This document shows positions 10,127 through 19,384 of a DNA stretch of 64,000 bases, one piece after another. Origin of the DNA: Acidimicrobiia bacterium (GTDB lineage Bacteria; Actinomycetota; Acidimicrobiia; Spongiisociales; UBA11373); assembly GCA_041551965.1 (NCBI GenBank), contig JBFELU010000001.1, positions 5,132 to 69,131 on the forward strand, written 5' to 3'. The position numbers and the translations under genes are program-made. The notes beneath the pieces are model-generated. The model made no database searches. It was not told the DNA's origin and saw only the letters and a list, made by a program, of their open reading frames with translations. Within the stretch, counting starts at the first letter, position 1. Every line of letters starts with the position of its first letter.

Positions 10127-11835
10127 CCGGCGGCGTGGGACGGGTGATCGGCCACCAGCACACCTCGACTCGCGAGTTCCGGGTGATCCTCGACGAGACG
10201 TCGTACCTCCAACTCGACGACCTGGTGGTGGTCGCCACCAACGTGCCCGGCGCCGGTGAGGTCCGCACCTACGGGATCGTGACCGAGGCCGAGGCACTGC
10301 TCGAGGGAGCGTCCTACGAATCGGACACCCTTCGGATCGCCGCGGAAGGAAGCATGCCGGGCGCCCTGGTGCGCTCCGCCCGAGTGGCGATCACCCGGGT
10401 CGATCCCGAATTGTGGGTGGCTCCGGACCCGGGTGGCGTGGTGGAGCGGGCCGCAGGCGAGGAGCGCCGCAAGGCCCTCTACGCCGACGAGATGGATCGA
10501 CCGCTCCCGGTCGGGCTGGGACGCGATGGAGAGCCGGTGCCAGTGGACTTGGACTTCTTCGACGGCCGCAAGGGCGGCCACATGTCCATCTCCGGGATCA
10601 GTGGGGTGGCGACCAAGACCTCGTTCGCTCTCTTCTTCCTCCGCATGCTGACGGCCCGCAGGGACATCGTCGGCGACGCCGCCGAGAACCTCCGGGTCGT
10701 CGTGTTCAACGTCAAGGGCGAGGATCTCCTCTGGCTCGACAAACCGAACCGTTTCTTCACGGACGAGGCCGCCGCACGGTGGTCGCGCCTCGGCGTGGAA
10801 CCGGGCCCTTTCCCCTCGGTGTCGATCTGGGCACCGCCCCGGACCAGGAGCGGCGATGTGGTGATTCCCGACACCGGGGGTCGGCAGGACGTTTCCGTGT
10901 TTGCGTGGACGCCTCGTGAGTTCGTCGACGAGGCCCTGCTGCGGTTCCTCTTCACCGACGCCGGTGACACACGGAGCCAGGTGGCGTTCATCGCGGAGAG
11001 AGTCGAGGCCCAGCTACGCCGGTGGGCCGTCGACGTGGTCGGGGAACCGGGAGCGATCGTGCTGCGCGACCCGCGCGAAGGGCATCGCAAGGGGGAGGCA
11101 GTCCAACCGACCGCGGGGGAGCGGGTGATCCGCTCACTGCGCGACCTGGTGGCGGCAATCGAGGAATTCGTCGATCCGATCGACGACGAGCCTCTCGGAT
11201 CGTGGACGGGACGAGTGCTGCCGGGTACCGCCTCTGCCTTCATGCGTCGTCTCCACGCCGCCGAGCACCGATTGGGGCAGTTGATCCAGGCCGGCGACAG
11301 CAGGCGCATCGATCGCTCGACTGCTCAGGTGACCGTGGTGGGAATCCAGTCCCTCCACGACCTCGGCCAGCGCTTCGTCGTCGGTGCCCTCCTCAAGGAG
11401 TTGTTCGACCACAAGGAGCGAACCGGGCAACGGTTCCCTTTGTCCGTCGTGGTCCTCGACGAACTCAACAAGTACGCCCCCCGGGAGGGACAGAGCCCGA
11501 TCAAGGACATGCTGGTGGACATCGCCCAGCGGGGCCGGTCGCTCGGCGTGTTGCTGGTCGGCGCGCAACAGACGGCATCCCGGGTGGCCCCCGAAGTGCT
11601 CGAGAACGCCGCGGTGCGGGTCTCGGGGCGGCTGGATGCCGCCGAGGCGGAGCGCGCCGAGTACGGCTGGATGCTTCCTTCGACGCGGGCGCGCGCCCGG
11701 CTGCTGAAACCGGGGACGATGGTCGTGTCGCAGCCCTCGATCCCGGTGCCGGTCGTGGTCGATTTCCCCTTCCCGCCGTGGGCGACGCGGAAGGAGGAGG
11801 TCGCCGAGAACGACGACCCGTTTGCCGGTCTCTAG
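10123..11835 (+). CDS. herA: HerA-like (FtsK/HerA superfamily, DUF87-type) ATPase/translocase
   Basis: It has an N-terminal HAS-barrel-like region (GRVIGH...EFRVIL...DDLVVV). The P-loop region is SGISGVATKTS and the Walker B is VVVLDELNKYAP. Its GTG start overlaps the nurA stop (GTGA). Confidence 0.78.
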   Translation: MTGGVGRVIGHQHTSTREFRVILDETSYLQLDDLVVVATNVPGAGEVRTYGIVTEAEALLEGASYESDTLRIAAEGSMPGALVRSARVAITRVDPELWVAPDPGGVVERAAGEERRKALYADEMDRPLPVGLGRDGEPVPVDLDFFDGRKGGHMSISGISGVATKTSFALFFLRMLTARRDIVGDAAENLRVVVFNVKGEDLLWLDKPNRFFTDEAAARWSRLGVEPGPFPSVSIWAPPRTRSGDVVIPDTGGRQDVSVFAWTPREFVDEALLRFLFTDAGDTRSQVAFIAERVEAQLRRWAVDVVGEPGAIVLRDPREGHRKGEAVQPTAGERVIRSLRDLVAAIEEFVDPIDDEPLGSWTGRVLPGTASAFMRRLHAAEHRLGQLIQAGDSRRIDRSTAQVTVVGIQSLHDLGQRFVVGALLKELFDHKERTGQRFPLSVVVLDELNKYAPREGQSPIKDMLVDIAQRGRSLGVLLVGAQQTASRVAPEVLENAAVRVSGRLDAAEAERAEYGWMLPSTRARARLLKPGTMVVSQPSIPVPVVVDFPFPPWATRKEEVAENDDPFAGL

Positions 11836-13002
11836 ATGAAGATCCTCCATACCTCCGACTGGCACGTGGGCAAGCGGATCGGCCGGCACGATCGAATCTC
11901 CGAGCAGCAGGCGGCGATCGCCGAGGTCGCCGAGATCGCAGATCGGATCGGCGCCGATCTGGTCGTCCACTCCGGGGACCTCTTCGATCGACCGGTGCCC
12001 CCCATCGAAGCGCTTCGGGTGGGGCTCGACGGCCTCCTGGCGCTCACCGACCGGGGGAACCGGCCGGTGGTGGTGGTGGCCGGAAACCACGATTCGCCCC
12101 AGCTCTTCGAGGTGCTCGCTCCGTATCTCGAAGGGTTCGGCGTTCGGTTGGTCGGTCGCATCAAGGCCCCCGACGCCGGGGGAGTTCTGGACATCGAGAC
12201 CGGGGCCGGGACGGCGCGGGTCGCGTGCTTTCCGTTCCTCAGGGCGGCGCAAGCCGTCGACTTCATGGAGCGTGCCGATCTTTGGTACGGGCTCTATGCC
12301 GATCGGGTGCGCCGGATCTGCGAGGTCTACACCGAGGACGTGCGCAACCGGCGCCGCGGCGGCGACGTGGGTCTCTTGGTGGCGCATTTCATGGTGACCG
12401 GCGTCTCCGTGCGCACCGGGGCGCCCCGCGGCGAGCGGGAGCTCCACATGGGCGAGGCGTACGCCGCGACGACCCAGTCGATCCCCACGGCACTCGACTA
12501 CGTCGCCATGGGTCACATCCACGCCCCCCAACCGGTTCCCGGATCGCAGGTTGCCGCCGAGTACGCCGGCTCGCTTCTCCAGCTCGACTTCGGCGAGGCG
12601 GGCGAGCCCAAGCGCGTCGTGGTGGTCGACACCGGCGGGGAGGCGCCGGCTCGCGTCTCGAGCGTTCCGATCACCTCCGGTCGCCGCCTGGAGCGGGTCA
12701 CCGGTACCTGGGCAGAGATCGCCGGCCGGACAGACCTCGAGGATGCCTATCTCGAGCTCGTCGTGGAGACCGACGGCCCCGACCCCGGCCTGGCCGATCT
12801 GGCCCGCGATCGGTTCCCGCTCCTCGTCAAGGTGAAGGCCAGCTACGAGCGGCCGGATCACCCCGAAGCGGTCACGGCCGATCGGCCGCTCGACGCCATG
12901 TACGCCGAGTATCACCTGACCGAACACGGCACCGAGCCCGACGACGATCTCATGGAGGCGTTCCGGGGACTCGAAGACGAGGTTGCCGGTGCGGCCGATT
13001 GA
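11836..13002 (+). CDS. sbcD: Exonuclease SbcD (Mre11-family phosphoesterase)
   Basis: Calcineurin-like phosphoesterase motifs are present: HTSDWHVG, HSGDLFD, GNHD, GHIH. The ATG immediately follows the herA TAG. Confidence 0.9.
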   Translation: MKILHTSDWHVGKRIGRHDRISEQQAAIAEVAEIADRIGADLVVHSGDLFDRPVPPIEALRVGLDGLLALTDRGNRPVVVVAGNHDSPQLFEVLAPYLEGFGVRLVGRIKAPDAGGVLDIETGAGTARVACFPFLRAAQAVDFMERADLWYGLYADRVRRICEVYTEDVRNRRRGGDVGLLVAHFMVTGVSVRTGAPRGERELHMGEAYAATTQSIPTALDYVAMGHIHAPQPVPGSQVAAEYAGSLLQLDFGEAGEPKRVVVVDTGGEAPARVSSVPITSGRRLERVTGTWAEIAGRTDLEDAYLELVVETDGPDPGLADLARDRFPLLVKVKASYERPDHPEAVTADRPLDAMYAEYHLTEHGTEPDDDLMEAFRGLEDEVAGAAD

Positions 13003-15418
13003 ACTGACATTGGACGGGTTCCGGTCGTTTCACGGGTCGGAGACTCTGCGGTGGGAGGGCCGCCGACTGGTGGGGGTCGTGGGGCCGATCGGAAGCGGGA
13101 AGTCCTCGATCCTCGACGGCGTCGCCTTCGCTCTCTACGGCAAGACCCCGCGTATCGCCCGCGAGGTCCGGAGTCTCGTGAACCAGCGTCGGGACCAGGG
13201 GAGTGTGTCGTTCCTCTTCGAGGTCGACGGCGACCGGTGGCGCGTGGTGCGTTCCCTGCGACGCTCAGGCCAGTCGGCCCACGTGCTCTACCGGATCGAC
13301 GGCGACGACGAGACCGAGGTCGCCGACCGGCGGGCCGTGGTGAACGACCGGATTGCCGACCTCCTGGGACTGGACTTCGAAGCCTTCCGGAGGTCGATCC
13401 TGCTGGCTCAGGGGGAGTTCGACCGTTTCCTCCGCGGCACTGCGGCCGAGCGGGACGACGTCCTCAAGGGCGTCTTTGGGCTGGACCGCATCGATGCGAT
13501 GCGCGAACGCGCCAAATCGGAGCGGGACCTGGCATCGGGGGAGTTGCAGGTACTCGATGCCTTGCGGGAGAACCTCGACACCGATCGCAGGCTCCTGACG
13601 GAGGCGAATGAGGGCCTCCCGGCGGCTCGGGAGCGGTCCCGTCAACTCCAGGAACTCAGTGATGCCGTGATGGAACTCCGCCAACGCCGGGCCGGAGCGA
13701 CGGCCGGTTCCGAGGCGGCCGCGACCCGCCTGGCGACGCTGGCGGCGATGGGGGAACGGTTCCCGGGCGAGAAGGCGACCGGCGACCTCCTCGAAGCGCT
13801 TCGGACTATCAGCCGGGACCGGTCCGCCGCTGAGGCGGCGCTTGCTGCGGCGCTCGAACGCTCCGGGGGGAAGTCGGCCCTGGATCGGGCCGGTGAGCTG
13901 GTGGCGACCTACGAGGCGCGAGCGGCCGCCGCCGACGGTGCCCGGATCGACGCCGAGCGGACCCAAGAGGCGAGCAGAGAAGCCGAGGCCGACCACGCCG
14001 AACGGAAGGCCCGTGCCCAGGCCGCAGCCGAGGAGGCGGTGATGGCGGAACAAGGAGTAGCCGAGGCTCGCGCCGCCCATGCTCGGGCCGAGTCGGAGCT
14101 CCACGACGCCCGTCACGGCGCCATGGCCGCCACCTTGCGGGCGGAACTCGAACCGGGGGCTCCGTGCCCGGTGTGCCGCCAGCCGGTGGCGGTGCTGCCG
14201 GCGGAGGCTCCTTCGGTCGAAGTCGAGCGGGCCGAGCACGCCGTCGCCGATGCCGTCTCCCGAGTGAGCGCGGCCGAATCGGCCGCCAAACGGGCGGTCG
14301 CTGGGGCCGCCGAGACCTCGAACTCGGCTACCGCGAGCGCAGAGGTAGCGGCCGGTCGACGGGAGCGCGCCGCCGAGGCACACCAGAGGCTGGAGACCGC
14401 GCTCGAGGAACTCGAATCGGCCGCCGAGGCGGTTCGGACCGTGCTGGGTGATGGAGAGCCACGCCGACGCTTGGAGGAGCAGCGGGGCGAAGTCGCCGCC
14501 GCCGAGCACGAGATCGCCCGGTTGGCCGAGCGGTCCGAGGCGATCGGGAAGGAGCGGGATCTGCTCGTGACCTCGCTGGCGTCCCTCGCCGGTGCCCTCG
14601 GTGGGGAAGCCCCCGCCGAGCGTGAACCGGCGGCACTCGAAGAAGCGATCGAGAGGCTTCGCGCCGAGTGGTCGAAGCAGCGGGAAGCCGCCGAGTCGCA
14701 ACGGGCGGCCGCCGAAGCCGAAGTCCGAGCCATCGACGATCGCTACGCCGAATTGCTGGAGGGGGCCGGTCTCGACCCGAAGGGCGATCCAGCTCGTGCG
14801 GTCGAGGAGGCGCTCACGGCCGTCGCCGCCATCGAGGCCCGGGTCGCCGATCTCGAGGCTCGTCTGGACCGGCTCGGGCGACTCGAAGCCGATCACGCTG
14901 CGATCGTGGCGAAGCGGGACCGGTTCGGACGGCTGGCGGCCGACCTGGCTCGGACCAAGTTCCCCGCCTACGTGCTCACCGAACGCCGCCGGGCACTATC
15001 GGATCTCGGCGGCACACTCTTCGAGACGCTCAGCGGATCCCGCTACCGGTTCAGCGACGACGGGGATTTCGATGTCGTTGATCTGGCGGCGGCAGAGCGG
15101 CGTCGTTCGGCCGACTCGCTGTCCGGGGGAGAGACGTTTCTCGCTTCACTCGCCCTGGCGCTGGCCCTTGCCGAAACGGTGGCCCGCGAGGGCGGACGCC
15201 TCGATGCCTTCTTCCTCGACGAGGGTTTCGGCAGCCTGGATCCGGAGCATCTCGACCTGGCCATGGAGGGAATCGAGAGGATGACCACGATGGCCGAGCG
15301 GCTGGTGGTCGTGGTGAGCCACGTCGCCGGGTTGCGCGATCGGCTCGAAGATCTCATCGTCCTGGACAAGGATCCGCTGACCGGCGACACCATCGTGGTG
15401 GGAGGGGCAGGGGGGTAG
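12983..15418 (+). CDS. sbcC: SbcC / Rad50-family ATPase with a CxxC zinc hook
   Basis: It has Walker A GPIGSGKSS, the signature LSGGETFLASLA, and Walker B FFLDEGFGSLD. A long Ala/Glu/Arg coiled coil carries a central CPVC hook (14165-14176). The start is TTG 12983 or GTG 12989, and either overlaps the sbcD 3' end. Confidence 0.9.
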   Translation: MPVRPIELTLDGFRSFHGSETLRWEGRRLVGVVGPIGSGKSSILDGVAFALYGKTPRIAREVRSLVNQRRDQGSVSFLFEVDGDRWRVVRSLRRSGQSAHVLYRIDGDDETEVADRRAVVNDRIADLLGLDFEAFRRSILLAQGEFDRFLRGTAAERDDVLKGVFGLDRIDAMRERAKSERDLASGELQVLDALRENLDTDRRLLTEANEGLPAARERSRQLQELSDAVMELRQRRAGATAGSEAAATRLATLAAMGERFPGEKATGDLLEALRTISRDRSAAEAALAAALERSGGKSALDRAGELVATYEARAAAADGARIDAERTQEASREAEADHAERKARAQAAAEEAVMAEQGVAEARAAHARAESELHDARHGAMAATLRAELEPGAPCPVCRQPVAVLPAEAPSVEVERAEHAVADAVSRVSAAESAAKRAVAGAAETSNSATASAEVAAGRRERAAEAHQRLETALEELESAAEAVRTVLGDGEPRRRLEEQRGEVAAAEHEIARLAERSEAIGKERDLLVTSLASLAGALGGEAPAEREPAALEEAIERLRAEWSKQREAAESQRAAAEAEVRAIDDRYAELLEGAGLDPKGDPARAVEEALTAVAAIEARVADLEARLDRLGRLEADHAAIVAKRDRFGRLAADLARTKFPAYVLTERRRALSDLGGTLFETLSGSRYRFSDDGDFDVVDLAAAERRRSADSLSGGETFLASLALALALAETVAREGGRLDAFFLDEGFGSLDPEHLDLAMEGIERMTTMAERLVVVVSHVAGLRDRLEDLIVLDKDPLTGDTIVVGGAGG

Positions 15419-15445
15419 GGTCCGGTGGAGCGGCGAGAAGGGGAG

Positions 15446-16570
15446 ATGGGACCTCTCTCGGGCATCAGAGTCGTGGAGATCGCGTCGATCGGTCCGGGTC
15501 CGTTCTGCGCCATGATGCTCTCCGATCTCGGTGCCGACGTGATCCGGGTCGATCGGCTGGGCGCCGGCCCATCCCCCCACGATCCTCTCTCCCGGGGCCG
15601 CCGGTCGATCGCCGTGGACCTGAAGCACCCCGACGGCAGGGACGTCGTGCTCCTGCTCCTGGAACGTGTCGACGCCGTGGTCGAGGGCTTCCGCCCGGGC
15701 GTGATGGAGCGCCTCGGACTGGGACCCACCGAAGCGATGGCACGGAACCCGGGACTCGTCTACGGGAGGATGACGGGGTGGGGCCGCGACGGTCCGCTCG
15801 CCGATCGGGCGGGCCACGACATCGACTACATCGCCATTGCGGGTGCCCTCCATCCCATCGGTCCGTTCGACGGCCCGCCCCTGCCCCCGCTCAATCTCGT
15901 CGGTGACTTCGGCGGCGGCGGGATGCTGCTGGCCCTCGGCGTGGTCGCAGCCCTGGTGGAGCGGACCCGCTCGGGGCAGGGCCAGGTGATCGACGCTGCG
16001 ATGGTCGATGGGGCCGCCGCCCTCTCCGCGATGTTTCACGGGATGGTGGCGCAGGGCCTGTGGTCGCCGATCCGGGGCGGCAACTTCCTGGATGGCAGCG
16101 CGCCGTTCTACGCCACGTACCGGACCGGCGACGATCGCTTTGTCGCGGTGGGCGCAATCGAGCCTCAGTTCTACGCCGCGTTGGTCTCGGGTCTCGGGCT
16201 CGACGGCGAGGACCTTCCGGCCCAGCTCGATCGCGAGGGGTGGCCGGAGCTCCGACGGCGCTTTTCCGAGGTCTTCCGGTCCAAGACCCGTGACGAGTGG
16301 GAGGAGGCCTTTGCGGGGACCGATGCGTGCGTGGCGCCGATCCTGGCCCTCGACGAAGCGCCGGAGCATCCTGCCAACCGGGCGCGGGGGGTGTTCATCG
16401 ACGTCGGTGGCTCGCTCCAACCCGCGCCGGCGCCCCGCTTCGACCGGACCCCGAATGGGGTCCCCTCGCCGGCCTCGCCCGCCGGGGCCCATACCGACGA
16501 GATCCTGGGTGATCTCGGCATGGAGGCAGCCGAGATCGGTGCCCTGCGGGCGGCGGGCGCGGTCGGCTGA
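15446..16570 (+). CDS. Family III CoA-transferase (CaiB/BaiF; alpha-methylacyl-CoA racemase-like)
   Basis: The N-terminus MGPLSGIRVVEIASIGPGPFCAMMLSDLGADVIRVDR is typical of this family. An alternative GTG start lies at 15425. Confidence 0.85.
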   Translation: MGPLSGIRVVEIASIGPGPFCAMMLSDLGADVIRVDRLGAGPSPHDPLSRGRRSIAVDLKHPDGRDVVLLLLERVDAVVEGFRPGVMERLGLGPTEAMARNPGLVYGRMTGWGRDGPLADRAGHDIDYIAIAGALHPIGPFDGPPLPPLNLVGDFGGGGMLLALGVVAALVERTRSGQGQVIDAAMVDGAAALSAMFHGMVAQGLWSPIRGGNFLDGSAPFYATYRTGDDRFVAVGAIEPQFYAALVSGLGLDGEDLPAQLDREGWPELRRRFSEVFRSKTRDEWEEAFAGTDACVAPILALDEAPEHPANRARGVFIDVGGSLQPAPAPRFDRTPNGVPSPASPAGAHTDEILGDLGMEAAEIGALRAAGAVG

Positions 16571-16591
16571 CCCCACTACCATCGCGAGTCG

Positions 16592-17662
16592 GTGGCAACC
16601 GTCGGCATCCTCGGTCTCCCCAACGTGGGCAAGACGACAGTCTTCAACGCCCTCACGGGCCTGGAAGCCTCCACCGCCGCGCACCCGTTCTCGACCACCG
16701 AGCCCAACGTCGGTGTGGCGAGGATCCCCGACGCTCTGCTGGACCGGGTCGCAGAGCTCGAAGGCTCGAAGCGGATCGTTCACGCCACGTTGGAGTTATC
16801 GGATCTCCCGGCAATGGCCGGGCCGGGCCACCGGGGTCTGGCGGCACAATTCCTGGGCAGGCTCCGGGAAGTCGATGCCCTGGTCATCGTGGTGCGTGCA
16901 TTCGAGGATCCGGGTGTTTCCGCCGACGAGTCGGGCACCGACCCGGTCGAGCAAGTCGAGACGCTGCTATTGGAGCTGGCACTCGCCGATGCCGACGTCT
17001 TTGCCCGTCGGGCGGAGAAGGCCGCCAAGGAAGCAACGGCGGATCCCGCGCTGAAACGGGGCGCCGACGCCGTTGCCCGCGCCGCCGAACTGTTGGAACA
17101 AGGACACCACCTCAGGACGGCGGGGTGGATGCCCGACGAGCTCGACGCGTTCCGCGACCTGGCACCGCTCACACTCAAGCCGGCGGTGTGGGTGGTGAAC
17201 CGGGGGGAGGAGGACACCGATTCCCATGCCGCCCGGATCGGGGAAGTGGTGCCGGACGGCGACGTGGTGGTCGATCTCTCGGCCCGGATCGAAGAGGAGG
17301 CGGCGGGGCTCGACCCGGAGGATCGCGCCGAGTTCTTTGAGGGCTTCGGTCTCGGCGCCGGTGCGCTGGCAAACATCGTCGGGGCCACCCACGAGGCGCT
17401 CGATCTCATCGTTTTCTACACCCTCGGCACCAAAGAGTCCCATGCCCGCACGATCCGGCGGGGTGCGACCGCTCGCGAGGCGGCGGGCAAGGTCCATTCC
17501 GACATGGAGCGCGGGTTCATCCGCGCCGAAGTGGCTCCACTCGCCGACGTGGTCGACGCCGGCGGCTGGGAGGCGCTCAAGGCCGAAGGTGGGATCCGCC
17601 TGGAGGGCGCCGACTATGCGGTCGCCGAGGGTGATGTTCTCCAGATCCGTTTCTCGGTTTGA
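16592..17662 (+). CDS. ychF: Redox-regulated ribosome-binding ATPase YchF
   Basis: It has the G1 motif GLPNVGKTTVFNALT and the C-terminal TGS-like block (FIRAEV...). Confidence 0.94.
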   Translation: MATVGILGLPNVGKTTVFNALTGLEASTAAHPFSTTEPNVGVARIPDALLDRVAELEGSKRIVHATLELSDLPAMAGPGHRGLAAQFLGRLREVDALVIVVRAFEDPGVSADESGTDPVEQVETLLLELALADADVFARRAEKAAKEATADPALKRGADAVARAAELLEQGHHLRTAGWMPDELDAFRDLAPLTLKPAVWVVNRGEEDTDSHAARIGEVVPDGDVVVDLSARIEEEAAGLDPEDRAEFFEGFGLGAGALANIVGATHEALDLIVFYTLGTKESHARTIRRGATAREAAGKVHSDMERGFIRAEVAPLADVVDAGGWEALKAEGGIRLEGADYAVAEGDVLQIRFSV

Positions 17663-17705
17663 CCTCGGGCCATAATGCGCAGGCCCCGAGGCAAGGAACG
17701 CAGCG

Positions 17706-19145
17706 ATGAGAGCGATGGTGATCGGCGCCGGTGGCGCCACGCGAGATCTCCTGCGCCGCCTCGGTGAGTTGTGGGAGATCACGGTCGTGGACACCGATGC
17801 CGACCGGCTCGCCGAAGCGAGCCGGATCAGGGGCATAGAGGCGGTGATGGGCGACGGCTCGAGCCGGGTGGTGCTCGAGCGGGCCGGCATCGGTGACGCC
17901 GATGCGCTCGTTGCGGCCACCAACGACGACGATGTGAACCTCGAAGTCTGCCGCCTCGCCAAGGGCCTCGGTCTGTTGCGGGTCGTCGCCGTGGCCGCCG
18001 CTCCGGAGCGCGTGCCCGACTACCGGGATCTCGGTGTCCCGGCCGTCTCTCCGCACGGTCTCACCGCCCGACAGCTCGAGATCAGCCTGGAGCCGCAACG
18101 GGTCTCGTCGACGGCCTTTGCCCATGGTCGGGCCGAGGCCATCGAGTTCCACATCGGCGCCGACAACCCGGTGCGGGGTATCGCGTTGCGCGATCTGCAT
18201 GCCGAGAGCTGGTTGATCGCCGCCATCCTTCGCGACGATCAGCTGATCGTTCCTCACGGGAACGCAGTGCTCAAGACCGGCGACCTCGTCACGGTGGTGG
18301 GCGCTGCGACCGACTTCTCGCTGATCGTGCGCACGTTCACGTCCGGAGCCGCCCGGTTCCCCCTCGATTTTGGCAAGAGGGTCGCCGTCGTGCTCGATTC
18401 GGAGTCGGATCTCGAGACGGTCGACGAGGCGATCTACCTGACCCGAAACACCCAGGCCTCTTCTCTGTTGCTGGTCCACCGGCGCCAGGAGGGCGTACGC
18501 GATGGTGCCCATGCCGCCGAGATCGATCGGTTGCTCGAGGCGGCCGACGACCGGGCCGACGGCGTCGAGATGTATCGACGACCGGTGTCGGGCCCTCCCG
18601 TCAGGAGCCTGCAGGGCGTCACGGCCGATGAGAGTGTCGGCGTCGTCGTGCTCCCCGCGCCGGGCGGTGGCTTCCTGGGCCGCCTACGGGCGACCAGAGC
18701 GCTCCGGCTGGCCACCCGGCTCGACCTCCCGGTGCTCTTCGCCCGCGGCTCCCATCCCTATCAGCACGTGGCGGCTCCGACCCACGATACGACGGGCGAC
18801 TCGGGAGCAGCTCGGGCGGCGATCGACATCGCCTCGTTCGTCAAGGGTTCGTTGGCCGGCGTCGTGGTGATGGCACCCGCCTTTCTGACGGGGAGTGACG
18901 ATCGTGAATCGGCAGTACGGGCGTTGACCAGGCTGCGGGAGGAGGCCTCCGTGCAGGGCGTCTCGGTCCGCCGGTGGCTCCGGCAGGGGAATCCGGTGCG
19001 GGTCCTGAGCGAACTGGGCGACGAATCCGAGCTGATGGTCATGGGCTCGCCATCCCGGCCTCCGTCGTGGTTCCGGCCCGGAATACTCGGACATCTCGTC
19101 GTGCGGTCGGCTTCGTCGTTGCTGGTCGTGCCGCCCATCGACTGA
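17706..19145 (+). CDS. Fusion protein: TrkA-N (RCK NAD-binding) + TrkA-C + tandem universal stress protein (USP) domains
   Basis: The N-terminus (MVIGAGGATRDLLRRL...VVDTD) is Rossmann-like. An RCK-C-like block (LKTGDLVTVVG) follows. The C-terminal half has two USP-like repeats ending in LLVVPP. Confidence 0.72.
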   Translation: MRAMVIGAGGATRDLLRRLGELWEITVVDTDADRLAEASRIRGIEAVMGDGSSRVVLERAGIGDADALVAATNDDDVNLEVCRLAKGLGLLRVVAVAAAPERVPDYRDLGVPAVSPHGLTARQLEISLEPQRVSSTAFAHGRAEAIEFHIGADNPVRGIALRDLHAESWLIAAILRDDQLIVPHGNAVLKTGDLVTVVGAATDFSLIVRTFTSGAARFPLDFGKRVAVVLDSESDLETVDEAIYLTRNTQASSLLLVHRRQEGVRDGAHAAEIDRLLEAADDRADGVEMYRRPVSGPPVRSLQGVTADESVGVVVLPAPGGGFLGRLRATRALRLATRLDLPVLFARGSHPYQHVAAPTHDTTGDSGAARAAIDIASFVKGSLAGVVVMAPAFLTGSDDRESAVRALTRLREEASVQGVSVRRWLRQGNPVRVLSELGDESELMVMGSPSRPPSWFRPGILGHLVVRSASSLLVVPPID

Positions 19146-19200
19146 TGCCGGCGGCTCGGGTGATCGCGATGATCTTCGAATACATGACCGAGGAAGCTCG

Positions 19201-19362
19201 GTGAGACCTCTGCCGCCCCCTCCCGTCACGGCGGCCGATCGCCGGCGGCGTCGTCGTCGTGTGGCGGATCTGAAACGCCGAATTCGACGGGGACGGTACG
19301 TCGTCGACGCGGTGGACGTGGCGGAGGCGGTGCTTCGGTTCCACCGGGAGGGGCGCCGGTAG
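19201..19362 (+). CDS. Small ORF (53 aa) with a FlgM-like (anti-sigma-28 family) C-terminal motif; tentative
   Basis: Translated by hand from GTG 19201 to TAG 19360-19362: [53 protein letters not shown]. The V..LK..I..G.Y.VD....A..L pattern matches the FlgM family C-terminus as I recall it. The ORF is shorter than the ORF-track cut-off. Confidence 0.3.
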   Translation: MRPLPPPPVTAADRRRRRRRVADLKRRIRRGRYVVDAVDVAEAVLRFHREGRR

Positions 19363-19384
19363 TGTCGATGCCGGGAACCGAGCG

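Noticed and set aside
9188-15418. nurA-herA-sbcDC as a phage-defence island (several HerA- and SMC-like ATPase defence systems exist).
   Set aside because: The flanks are ordinary housekeeping genes, with no mobile-element genes, methylases, Sir2/TIR/nuclease effectors or other defence genes. The gene set matches a DSB-resection machine. Not excluded experimentally.
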